A stretch of DNA of 61,543 bases, filler included, from Choristocarpus tenellus KU-1152 (lineage: Eukaryota; Protista; Phaeophyceae): assembly GCA_964200185.2 (NCBI GenBank). It is 10 parts of 10 records of this genome, joined end to end, with 100 filler letters (N's around TTAATTAATTAA, not from the genome) between each part and the next. Parts side by side here need not be neighbours in the genome. Positions count along the whole stretch, not along the records: positions 6,810 to 15,454 come from CAXNAD020004492.1; positions 15,555 to 18,751 come from CAXNAD020021614.1; positions 18,852 to 22,622 come from CAXNAD020018015.1; positions 22,723 to 27,596 come from CAXNAD020012706.1; 6 more parts are not named here. One strand, 5' to 3'. Both the position numbers and the translations under genes were made by a program. The notes under the pieces were generated by a model. That model ran no database searches, was not told the origin of the DNA, and was given only the letters and a program-made list of their open reading frames with translations. Below, in pieces: positions 13,217 to 24,769 of this stretch; position 1 is the stretch's first letter; the number at the start of each line of letters is the position of its first letter.

Positions 13217-13385
13217 TTGTTCGCATTTGTTAGAACGCGAGAAACAATCGTCACACTATACGTCTGTCACAAATGTTCGTGTTTGCTAAAACATGAGAAG
13301 AAATGCTCACGCTATTTGCGTATAACAAAAACTCGCACTTCGTTGGAACATAAGACGAAGTGCTCGCGCTATTCGCCTGTAACAT
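13217..13385. repeat. Degenerate tandem repeat, three units of about 57 bp
   Basis: Units start TGTTCGCATTTGTTAGAAC, TGTTCGTGTTTGCTAAAAC and ACTCGCACTTCGTTGGAAC, and each ends ...CTAT...T(A/C)ACA. Confidence 0.65.
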
Positions 13386-13972
13386 GTCCCCCAGCGTGAA
13401 CTAGCAGTACATGTTTCACGCTTACCACAGGCGGTTGTCACCGGTGAAGACAATAGACATCATCAATCACCTCAGATCATCCTGTTGCAAAAAAAGAGGG
13501 AGAGAAAAAAAGATACCGTACTCCTACTAGGTCCACAACATCTATCCTTAACTTGGGAAAATCTGTCTGATTTTAGCCTAATCTGAGGATATATTGATTA
13601 TCTCTAAAGTACAGCTTCCCTAGAGTGCCAGTATCATCTGATTATTGCCTGTTTCATTCCCCTCAGCACGAAGCATACTGACGACTGCTAGTGCGTAAAA
13701 CAGGCAATAACATCAACATCGGCCTCCAACAAAAACGAAAAGATTTTTTTTTTTTTAAAGGAGACAAGGGACAGAGAAGGGAGAGCTTAAGCAATTACAG
13801 CGAAGTAAATAATAATGTACGGGGATACCAGGGCTGGCAGAAAGAAAAGGAAAAAAAATGAATAGGGGCAAAAAATAACCATAAAAGGGAAAAGGAAAGA
13901 AAGATAAAAGAAAGCATGAACATTACGAGTGCGTGTTTGCCTATCTAGCAGTTCTACTATCATGCTACTATT

Positions 13973-15454
13973 CTAATGTGAAATTTCCTTCACAGTCCAC
14001 GGTCCTGTCCATCTTTCATGGACTACCTTTCTGCCTACTCTTGTCTCGCCTAGTTTTTCCTCATTGATAGAGCTATCTGCTTCTTTCACTAGATCTAGGT
14101 GACCTGGTGTGGATCCGAGTCCTGGGAAAGACCTAGCAATCGAAGCATCGGCTCTCTCTCTGTGTTTCTGTCTTGTAGACATCCTTCTCTCCAGGACCTC
14201 TCGTACGTCTCTGAAGTTCTGTCTGCATTGCTCAGTAAAGGAATCCAATCCTCCAACCTCTATGTCCCCATCCAACTTTGGTATGACAGCGTCTAGCTGT
14301 GTGCGGGGGTCACGACCAAACAGGACTCGGAAGGGGGTGGGGTTGAGGGGGTCAGATGGATCTGGAGGAGTGCGTTGTGCCCAACATGCCGGAGATACAT
14401 ACTCATCCCATCTATCTGGCCACTTCACACATAGTTCCGACAGGACTTCTACAAGCAGACCTCCCATCTTTTCCACTCCCCCTTGTCCTCTCGAGTTGCC
14501 AGTTGGTCCATAATTGATAGGGACCTTTAACCAACAGCAAAGGTGATCCATTATGTCTGCTGTGAACTCTCATCCTGCATCCTACAAATTGACAGAGGGA
14601 TCCCAAATGTAAGACATAATTCTAACATGTTTGTTGCTACTCCAGTTGCTTCCTTTGACGCCATTGGGAATGCAAAAGGGAATCTCGAAGCTCTATCAAT
14701 TACAATTAATAGATACTTGTTGCCTTTTGCTGAGATGTGTCCTACATCTTGTAGATCCATCTCGAGTACATCCCCTGGTTCCAGGAACTTGGCTGGCAGC
14801 TTTGTCACTTGTGCGCTCCTAGTCTTCTTTCGTCTGCGACAGCCACAGGATAAAACATAATCCTGCGTGTCTTTGTGGAGTGAGGGCCAAAATAAGTATT
14901 AATGGGTTAGGGCTACTGTGCGTCCAACTTCCTGGTGGCTAGTCTGCAGGTGAACTAGTGCTATGATGTCTGACACTAGTGAACGAGGAACTGCCAGCCT
15001 AGGTGCATACTCTCCAGGGGTGTACCAGAATATCTCCTTATCATCTAGGGAATATGACTCCACATCTATACTCCCTTTTCCCCATTCGTGTGACGACTTC
15101 CAGTGTTCTTGGTCTTCGAGTACACCCCGTATGCTGCCCCAGAAGGGGTCTTTCTTCTGCCTCTCCACTAGCTCTGGCAAGTCTGATAGAGTAGCCATTG
15201 CTCTCTTGAGAGTGAGATGGTGTTGAACCATCTCACTCATTCGAACTATTCTGTCACTACTCTTCTTGTTCTTTGGCCATGGTGCACTTGTGCTCTTCTC
15301 CTGCTGTTCCTTTAATTTCTACCCTGTCTTCGAGGGTAGGGTCTAAAGGTTGCCAAACCAAAAGTGTTAGTGGCGTTAAGCAGGGGAAGGAGTTGCTGCG
15401 GGGTGTGTGTTGGGTCTACACTAGGTATCTTATCTGGGGCCATCCAACCAGAGG
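13973..15454 (-). mobile_element. Ty3/Gypsy LTR-retrotransposon pol relic (integrase zinc-binding domain, core and GPY-type C-terminus)
   Basis: ORFs 14899-15240 (RLAVPRSLVSDIIALVH...HQEVGRT), 14551-14808 (EMDLQDVG...GNKYLLIVIDRASRF...FGIP) and 13973-14551 (WDEYVSP...TPFRVLFGRDPR...RWTGPWTV), separated by stops and frameshifts. Confidence 0.9.
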
Positions 15455-15554
15455 NNNNNNNNNNNNNNNNNNNNNNNNNNNNNNNNNNNNNNNNNNNNTT
15501 AATTAATTAANNNNNNNNNNNNNNNNNNNNNNNNNNNNNNNNNNNNNNNNNNNN

Positions 15555-15775
15555 GGGGTGGGAGGTTGCCTGTACCTCTGCGAAGGTGACGTCCAGCAGA
15601 AGACCTTTGTCCCTGTAGGGAGCTGTTCCGGCGTCCGCTAGTGCCCCTGTGTGGAACACCAGATCCATGCGAAGATTCCTGTCCACTGTGAAAGGGCTAC
15701 CATCCTCCGTAGTGCAAGGGATGCCCATCCCCTTGCATAGTTGGCTTAGGCGTTTTATTATTGCATTCAAAGGGA
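15555..15775 (-). mobile_element. Non-LTR retrotransposon fragment, restriction-like endonuclease domain (CRE/R2-type)
   Basis: LNAIIKRLSQLCKGMGIPCTTE...NLRMDLVF...KGLLLDVTFAE fits the (H)N..I...E...R(P)D...DVT RLE signature. Confidence 0.7.
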
Positions 15776-16060
15776 TTGTTGTGATATTATTGATTGATGT
15801 TTGACTTTTGCTTTGACGCCCCCTCCAAAAAATCACAAACTAAAATATGATAATATTAATATCAATAATATTAAAAATAGGGGACGTGCTTGTACAATAT
15901 CAATTTCACTAAATCCCCTTCATATACAAAAAAAAGCCCACACACACCCTCCTTGAGAATAATGTGTGTGAAGGACCTTATCACTGAAAAGTCTCCAAGC
16001 ACTTGATGGTTAGAGTTGACCAAACATTTGCTGGGGTAGCGTAAGTGAGTTGCGTGGAGT

Positions 16061-18676
16061 ATGAGCTACGATCCGAACCTACAGGAAATCTTCGGAGAGC
16101 AAACCTCACCATCAACAGGTGGGACTTCAGTGGGAAGTAACTCGGCTCTGGTAGATGGGTCCCCCTCTATCGGCCTTGGTGATTTCGATGAAATCTTTGG
16201 CGAGGACAAATCGCTTGTGGGAATAGTAAGTTCTGGAGATGGAGTGCCAGTGACAGGTGGAAGCACTCAACCCTTCAACATTGAGGATGACGAATTCGAC
16301 GACATCTTTGGAGATGATGCAAAGAGAAAGTCCAACCCTAAATACGAGAGTGGGAGCGGGAAACCAGGCGATGCGGAGATAGCTACAACTGAAGGATATC
16401 CAAGTTCTAATGTGGGGAAGTCAAAGGATGAGCATCAAGCATTTTTGGACTTTCTCAACCAGGACGATCCTGGTGCCATCAGTGCATCTGGAAGAACATC
16501 GACCCCGAGCGCTTCCCTTACATCAAGTCCATCGCCCCGTGTCAAAATCCTTGAGGTATCACCTGAAGGGACTGAAAAATCGCTTGTAACGCCCCTAACA
16601 TCCTCAGGCCCCGAATCTGGTGTTGGGGATCAGCACGTTGCTCTCCTGCCCAATCCGTTAGGTACACTCCGAGAGGTACTAGGGTCAAGGGGCAAAGGGG
16701 AGAAGCCGTTAGATGTGGACCTTATTCGAGGTCTATGTGTCGCAAGTGGTGATTTCCTTCCTCCTGATGTGAGGGTCGAGGTGTGGAGTCACCTCATTGG
16801 ACGCGGGGGGCAGCTGGATGACATAGAGTCGGAAGCTGCTGAAGGGATAGCAACTCTGGCAGGGTCAACTCTGTTGGGCAATGGCGTGACAAACAAGCTA
16901 GACCTAAGGAATGACAGCCTTGCTCTCGCACATCGACTGTGCGCGGAAGAGGGAGGGGGAGGGAAAGTCCCAGAAACCTTGGCCAGCGAAATCGAGGAGG
17001 TAATCTGTTAACCAAATTTCAAACTTGAACTCACTGTCTACCTGTTGGTTTAAAGCAAGAGGTTGTTGAGGGAAGGGAGCACTACATTGCCTGCTCGTTT
17101 TCCTTACCTTCACCCTGGTGTTGTATTTGCATATTAAATGTGATATTATTTGACCTCTTTGAAGATTGGCATTTATCTTGTCGACGTAAGAGACAAACAT
17201 ATCTTCACTCTAATACATACACAATCACTCTAACATACACACACATTCGATCCGTGCTGGTTGTAGTCGCTTCATGAAAAAAAATGTCTCCCTAATTTCA
17301 AGCACTTTTGTTTCAGTATGGTACTACTACTATTAGTTTTGTACGGAGGCTTTTTTTGGTTAAATTTTATTAATTGGGGATGGTATTTTCTCACCAGGGG
17401 TCTCTACTTGCTCTTGCCTATGTATTACTTTATTCCTCTGTTCGTGCATTTTCCATATCCTGCGGTATGCAATGCACTGCCTTGATATCTTGCCACCCCC
17501 CCTTGCAGGAGTTACACGAAGTGGCAGTTGTGGTAATGTATTTCGAATCTTATGCTGTAGGGTTGATCTGTGGCAAAAGCTGTGTCCCCCAAAGATGGTG
17601 GGTTGTCTCAAGCAGTGCAACGCTCTTCATGTTAGGAAAAATAAAATGGTCAAACAGGGGAGTCTAACATCTTGTGCGAAAGCTGTCAAGGTCCATCATT
17701 GCCAAAGTTGCTTGTTGGAAATTTGGAGTAAGAAATTGGATAGGGGACTTCATTGATTGCCTGTTTTTGTGTGGTGAGGCTCTAGAGTAATTTTTGTGCT
17801 TAAGTTAACTGCAAAAAAAATGCTCAATCTCTCTTGTTTTACAAATTAGAAGTGTTGAGATTGCTGTGACTTGGGACTCGAAATTTATGAAAACTTCTGA
17901 CGTCCAGTTTGAAACGGGCACAGTGAAGAGTAACACCCCCCCCTCCCCCCCCTCCCCCTCTAGTGGCCCCAAAGTAACATCATCTGGGTGGTATATGCTC
18001 ATGACACGGTGTAAATATCAAGAATAGAAGCTTTGTGAACATAGTGGCTTGATTGAAAATATCACAATTACCACCGCTTACTCACTTGTATATGAACTAT
18101 TGCCGTCACAAAGGCATACACGTACTATTTTACGCTAAGTAATACCTCAGTACACCAGTCGCAGCATACACATAGACCTCCATTGGACCATATGTGCCAA
18201 CGAATCCATGCGGACACCTCGACCACATACATACATACATACATACATACATACATACATACATACATACATACATACATACATACATACATGCGTAGCC
18301 TACGACCGGCAAGACTACCTCTACCACACTACTTGTTTATCTGTTAGTCAACATCCCCACAACAGACTGCATACATCCTTCCTCGCTGAACATACTCTAC
18401 GAAACATGCCATGATGCAGGTCATCACATTCTACTGTTCCCGGCAATCTTCCCCCTATGAACCGGTCCTCTCTGGGGTGGTGGGACCACTTTTCTCATTG
18501 GGAGTCAGTAAGCGTGTGGTTTCCTCTCTGCTCTATCCATTTGTGGGAGCGCTGACTCTTTTCCTGGGGAGGGGACTGACACCAGTGGTGAGACGGCTGG
18601 CAACTGCTCATGCCCACCGCCGCTTCCACGACTTGTGTACCTACCATGATCCTTTGCTGGTTCAGCACCTAGACAG
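16061..18676 (+). CDS. TBC (Rab-GAP fold) domain protein, TBC1D23-like, 5' part
   Basis: Exon 16061-16999 (GAG|GTAATC) and exon 18420-18676 (CAG|GTC ... AG|GTAT). Motifs DLIRGLC...LPPDVRVEVWSHLIG, EIEEVITFYCSR..SPY and FHDLCTYHDPLLVQHLDR resemble TBC1D23. The N-terminus is acidic and disordered with repeated D/E-I-F-G motifs. Confidence 0.8.
18225..18292. repeat. (CATA)n microsatellite
   Basis: About 17 perfect units in the intron of the TBC gene. Confidence 0.95.
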
Positions 18677-18941
18677 GTATCTGTACAAGAAGAAATCCAA
18701 GGCGCAGGGGGGAGATCTTCTGGTTCACATTTTTTTTTTTTAATATAAAGANNNNNNNNNNNNNNNNNNNNNNNNNNNNNNNNNNNNNNNNNNNNTTAAT
18801 TAATTAANNNNNNNNNNNNNNNNNNNNNNNNNNNNNNNNNNNNNNNNNNNNTATGAATACATCTACTACTTATCAATTGCTATAATGTCCAACCTATGCC
18901 ACATGCCCCAACCACCAATATGGCCTTTGCGGAATGGTCAG

Positions 18942-19166
18942 ACCGCCCTGCGCGACTTGCACAAGTACCTTGCAGTGGTCAGGCGAGCTAGGGGAAACAT
19001 GCCTGGAGCGCAGGAGGCTTTGAACAAGGTTGCATTACTACAGGGCAAGAGTGAGGGTGGGGTTGGTAAGGGGAGGAAGGTTATCAGCACAAGTGAAGCT
19101 GATGAGCTGAATCGCCTCTTGGGAGAGAACAGGATCACAGATCCTGGATCTAGTACTGCTATTTGA
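18942..19166 (+). CDS. Probable terminal exon of an unidentified gene (possibly the 3' end of the TBC gene)
   Basis: GGTCAG|ACC phase-0 acceptor. TALRDLHKYLAVVRRARG...DELNRLLGENRITDPGSSTAI* looks helical and coding, and lies on the same strand as the TBC gene across a linker. Confidence 0.4.
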   Translation, partial: TALRDLHKYLAVVRRARGNMPGAQEALNKVALLQGKSEGGVGKGRKVISTSEADELNRLLGENRITDPGSSTAI

Positions 19167-21499
19167 TGTGCCCTTGTTTAATAGTAGAGGAAGTGTGTGT
19201 TGAAGTGCGACAATAGAGAAGGCATTTGATGCTGGGTCTTGAGTTAGGGTTGGGTAGAGGAGGTCTACTGGGACGTATTTACCATTTTATTATTCTACAG
19301 GAGAGAGGGAGTGGAGAGGGTTCAGAATGTTGCCTGTAAGTAGCAACCATGGGCAAGGTGATATTTCTTGGTGAGGTAACTTTGAACTACCACTGCTGTG
19401 TCCTCACTCCCACTACAAAACCAGCCCAGTTTCATGGACATGCCTTCTTTGTGGTGGGCCTGACTCCTTTACATTTTAATGTTTGACTGGGTAGGATGTA
19501 ATGGGTCAGGGGATCTATCCACTTGATCTCTCTCTATGCATGACTCACTGAGGGGAACATGGCCTTCAACATCGAGAAGTTTTGAGGGAAGACAAAACAG
19601 AGGATGCAGGCTCTTCATCACGGCCTGGTTCATTTTCCAAAGACATTCTGTGAACCCATCAAGTCCTTGTGTATATTACATAAAACTCATACACACTCTG
19701 GCACTGGCTGTTGTGCTCAGAGTGGTGACGGAGTCCCTGTTATTTTTTAACTACGATAATCACTGGTTCCCCTGACAAATGGGTGTTTGCAGTAACTATG
19801 CCTGTCAATGGACGAGTACATGTGATGTGTACAGTGGGAAGTCTAGCCAAATGACGTATCCCACTATGATAGCAACTCTGATAGTGTACAATATAGAATT
19901 GTTGGTCGTGGTTGGACCGATCATGTGCCTGGAGCTCCCTCTGTATATATTCACAATTAGCTATTATCTTTGATGGTGTTTTATTGTTGGTTTGTACAAC
20001 CCTCTTTTACTGTGAGATCGTATAATACAAGGGTAAAATGGTAGATAACGTGACCGACTAAGGCATCCAGCAGGGCCTTCCTTGCCTTAGTTGTGTTTTT
20101 CCCTTTTTTTGTCACTCAGCTGGGGGAGAAGTGTCTTGAACTTTTAGTTTGGATATATTTCTAGCCTTTGTGGGTGATGTTTGTGCTTCAATGCTCTGTT
20201 GGTAATAGGGTAAAAACTGGTAGGAGACTTAGAGGCTGAGGCAGTGGTATCGGAAGCACATACGGTATACAAAGTTTCTGAATGGTTTGATATGCGGCCA
20301 TCTGTTTGGTTTCCACAGCATCAATGCTGTTTAAGCCGACCCTATTTCTTCCTCTTTATGCTATCATAATATAAATATAGTTCCGAAAATACATATCCTT
20401 AAACATTCAAGGCCTTCCCAGAGACCGGCTCTTTGGGTTCCTCTCATATACACTGATTGTCGTATAAAACCAAGTAATTCCGGCCCTTACAAACCTATCA
20501 GCTCTGTAAAGCTGTTTTTCTCTTTCCAAGTTATTTGAAGTTGAATTGCTATTATTGTTTTGCATCTCTACGACCTACACCTTACTTTTCATCCTCCTTC
20601 CAGATATTGAAATCTAGCGGCCACCTCATTTGAAATTTTAAGCAAATGCACCTATATTCAGACATGCTTGGGTATCATTTATTTATACTATTTATAATAT
20701 GCAGTATATATACATTCAAAGGAAAAAATATTACGCCAACACAACATGCAGCTGAACTCAATAGCAAGCAACAAGATAACAAAGCAAGATGTATGCAGCA
20801 TCCCACCCTCCCTCCAAACGATAGCTGTAAAGCAGGAATAATAACACATACAAAAAAAATGGACTCTGAATGCAACTCCGTCAACTCTCCTGGCCCTGCG
20901 TTACAAACTCAACACCAAAAAGAGATAGATCTTGCATCACCACCACCACCTCTACAACTACCCGCTGGACTACTACATGCTAGTACTATGCAATAAAATG
21001 TGCACGACTAAATCCAGATTGACAATGATAGAGGAGAGAGGGATCTACTATATAGGTGCATTTCTTGCTTGAAGTAGATTCATTGATAGCTTTGAGGTGG
21101 TACTAGGAGTAGTGGTAATCTGCACGGAGAGATGCAGTGGGCAGGATGCACTGCATAAAGCGCAATGAGTGGTAGTGGGTTAGGAGGAGGTGATACTAGA
21201 AGTACTCTTCAACTTGTTGCTGTACTATCAAAAAATACAACTGCTACTACTAGTGTGTTCAGAAGCAGCACGTTCCTATATATCATGGATACGTTCAAGT
21301 TTTGCATTGCTTTTGCTGCCTCTTGCCGTTGATGCACTCCCAGACCACAGATTAGCTACCTGGTGAGGACTCCCCATAAAATCGATCATCTCCTCAGCTA
21401 TAATTTATACAGTATGATATATACTGAATTATATATGCTGTCTACATACAAATAAATCAATTCATAAATTATTCTTGTCAATGTTCCTAATGGTTGGTT

Positions 21500-21771
21500 A
21501 GTGGGTGGACGGTGATAATAAGCCAAAGCTATTTATTGAGAGGTTGGGAGAGTTGCATTTTAAGGATCTCGAGAAAGACAAAAATACACCATTTTGTGCA
21601 ATTCCAGAAAGACTGTTTGCAGAGTTGTGTGTCACACTGTGTGTGGAAAGAAGGGGGAATGTCATTTTTTCGTACACTACTACTGTGCACATACAGCAAT
21701 GCAAAAGGGTGTAATTGCATGGGGTAAGAAAGACGGCTTAGAATGCGAAAGGGTTTTTTAGTTTGGCTCAA
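21500..21771 (-). pseudogene. Decayed coding fragment of an unidentified repeat family (copy 1)
   Basis: PFRILSRLSY..LLYVH.. / THSVTHNSANSLSGIAQNGVFLSFSRSLK aligns with 30640-30860 on the minus strand. Frameshifted. Confidence 0.55.
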
Positions 21772-22550
21772 TGTTTGTTGTGAATTACGACGATATCATC
21801 CACTCGATTCGTTTCATTAAGAATGGAGAATTACGTAAGGAGCATTTTGGTGTCCATCTTGCCTTCGGCGTCTATTATGTACACATTATATATATATGAT
21901 GTTACACAAACGAACAAGCTACGAGAGCCAGAAACATCTGCCATAGCGTTGCTACTGCCGAAAAAGGAGTATTGTCAAAGAAGATCACCACGATCGATCC
22001 ATCCTCACAATAGTAGTAGCATTAGAAGTAGCAGCAGCAGTAGAATGCAGGATTTTTTGGATTAAATACAGTAGTAAGCAGGGATAAAAAGATGCTGACC
22101 TAGAGTGTATTACCATATTTGTCATCTTCCTCTAAGAAAGCTCTAGCATACGGACGGGAAGACGGAGTGAGCTTGTGTGTTACATACCATCTGTCTTCTA
22201 TCGTGAAGGAGAACAATATCTAATGTAACGTAACATACTGAAATTTAAATATTGGTCGTTCTTTCTTTCTGTTCGGTGTGCCTTCTTATTGACCCCCCTT
22301 CTCTACCGTTAGGGATACTATTTCGCACAACGATCACTTCAGTTGTGTAGTAGTTGTTAGTGTAGTAATCACAAGAGTATGACGTCCTGACTGCATGCAG
22401 CATCGAAGAAAGCAAGCCCAAGCAGGACGAAAGGTTACTGCTGTCTACTCTTAACAGGAAAGTATAGGCTAAGTAAGAATCACACACAACGTACGCCCTA
22501 AAGAATCATTGGTAATAAAGTCGAGACTTTCCTCTTTCTATAGCGTAAAA

Positions 22551-22622
22551 GGGTCAAAGTATCTTGGGGGGGGATGTCGGCGTCCGTTTTTCACCCATTT
22601 TTCGATTTTCACTTTTTTGGTG
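22551..22622. mobile_element. MITE, subfamily B, truncated at the contig end
   Basis: GGGTCAAAGTATCTTGGGG...TCCGTTTTTCACCC...CGATTTTCACTTTTTTGGTG matches the 5' part of 45381-45556. Confidence 0.85.
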
Positions 22623-24769
22623 NNNNNNNNNNNNNNNNNNNNNNNNNNNNNNNNNNNNNNNNNNNNTTAATTAATTAANNNNNNNNNNNNNNNNNNNNNN
22701 NNNNNNNNNNNNNNNNNNNNNNTGACCAAGCCTTTAGCAGAAATATCTTTTTCGAGGCATGCGGGGGCTTTGCTAAATTCAGACTATGTTTGGTGGTTTG
22801 TTTCTTGCTGAATTTGAGTGTGTTTGTTTCGATTTATTTTTTTCTGTGAGTTCAGCAGCTGGTTGTTTATTTGTCCTACAGGTTGACCTGAGGAGTCTCC
22901 TTGGATCCATAATTATCTTCTTGTAAGTTCTCGAGAGTTGTTTGAGCTAGGGAGGGTGTTCGATTAGACTCTTCCAACTCTATCGGACTGTTACGGTAAA
23001 ATATGTATGGAGTAATGGAACAATCAATTAGTGGCTGAGTTATCAGAACCTTAAATAGTGATTAGTTTAATGATAATTTTTCTCATATAAAAGGAAATCG
23101 ATTATATTGTGATGGATAGGGAGCGATAGTAATAAAAAGAGCTGACCCTAACCAGAAATTCGTCAAGGATTCCAAATCTTCTATCAGAAATGAATCTCAT
23201 CAACATCTTCAAAATTTATGGACAGACTTATGACACGGAGGTAGTAGAATGTGTAGATAGAAGGATCGCGATTTTTCTGAAGGATGTGGTCGAGATAGAT
23301 ATATACAATCTATGTATGCACATGTACTACACCCGCTCAGAATAAAGGGTTTATAGGTGGAAACAACCACTAACTGGATACATGTTGTTTTGGGAATACA
23401 CCAACTTGTACAATATGTGTAATCGATACTTCATTTGTATTCCGAAAAAAACTAGAAATAATGAGGAGATCACAAATATATTTTAATATGGAAAAAAATA
23501 ACTCTTCCACTTCCGATGCGTATTTTCTTTTGGTAATGCGTATATTGAAGATGTATCTCTCTCCCACAACACCTTCCATCTCTACTTTTCACCAATCAAT
23601 AGCTCTTCCATTATTCTTTCATAAGTTTTGGACAACTGTTAGGTTTTGTGGGGTTTCCTGATATCGAATTGACTTTTTATAAATCTTGTGATTCTGTGGC
23701 GGCGTGGTTCACTCAGGCAAGGGTGGTGAAAAAATCACCGGACAATACGGATCAGACGGACCAAAACGAACTGTAACTAAGAGGATGAGGTTTAAGGTCG
23801 GTAAAGTTCAAGACTACAAAGACTTGCAGGAAATTGTGGATTGATGAGAATCTTACCAGATGGGGATTATCACAAAAGTGAAGACTTGACAACTGAAGAG
23901 ATGTCCACTACTTGTGGGACTGATTTCTTGAAAGATTAAACACCTCAATTATTCAGAAGACCCTCCACTGGAATCGGGGGATTCCTGACAAAGATAACTC
24001 AGTCAGTATAATGGTATATGGAATACGGCAATAACGGTATATCAACAGACAAACCTGTTTTCCGCATTTTCATTGGATGTTCTCTTGACACATCTGTAAA
24101 ATGTCAAGAGTATGAATCGCATGATTCATAGGCGGTGTGGTTCACTCAGGCAAGGGTAGTGAAGAGAATCACCAGACAAGACGCATCAGAAGAAGACAAA
24201 CCGTATCCGACAGTACAAGGTTATGGTTGAACAAGTGGAAGACGAAAAGGATTTGCAGGAAAAGTGGGGAACTGAGGAAGTGGGGAGGATCACGATTCGG
24301 ATGGATTTCGGGAAAAAAATCCCTTCAGAGATAGGAGATCCGTCTTCGTAAAAACGTGCTCATAAGAAGACGTTGCAGGAAGAAAAGGAAATCTACCGCT
24401 CTGAATATCCTTCTTAAGGAAATTGATGCTCCGAAGACTTGTGTATCTAAATGACTCGAGCAATTCCTTATTGTGTAGATCACGTTCTACATGAAGTAAG
24501 GAAGGTGAAAGGAAGGAGTGTTCATCCAAGCCCAAAAGGGGGGGAGGGGTCCTTGCCATCAAATCAATTCTATTCCGTGAAGGACTAATCAAACTAATCA
24601 AAAATGACTTCCCACAATGCTTCCTATTCCTGAACTCGTACATATTCTAGTTCTCGAAAGCCAACCTTATCTTCTATTCTTCGGAATACAAACACTATCT
24701 CTTCATCTTAGATTGTTTCTTCTACAAAATCTTCTTTTACACACGAATAAAAAGCATATCATTAACACA

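Noticed and set aside
19560-19670. GLDGFTECLWK on the minus strand as a LINE RT N-terminal motif
   Set aside because: A single short motif with no downstream RT motifs in register.
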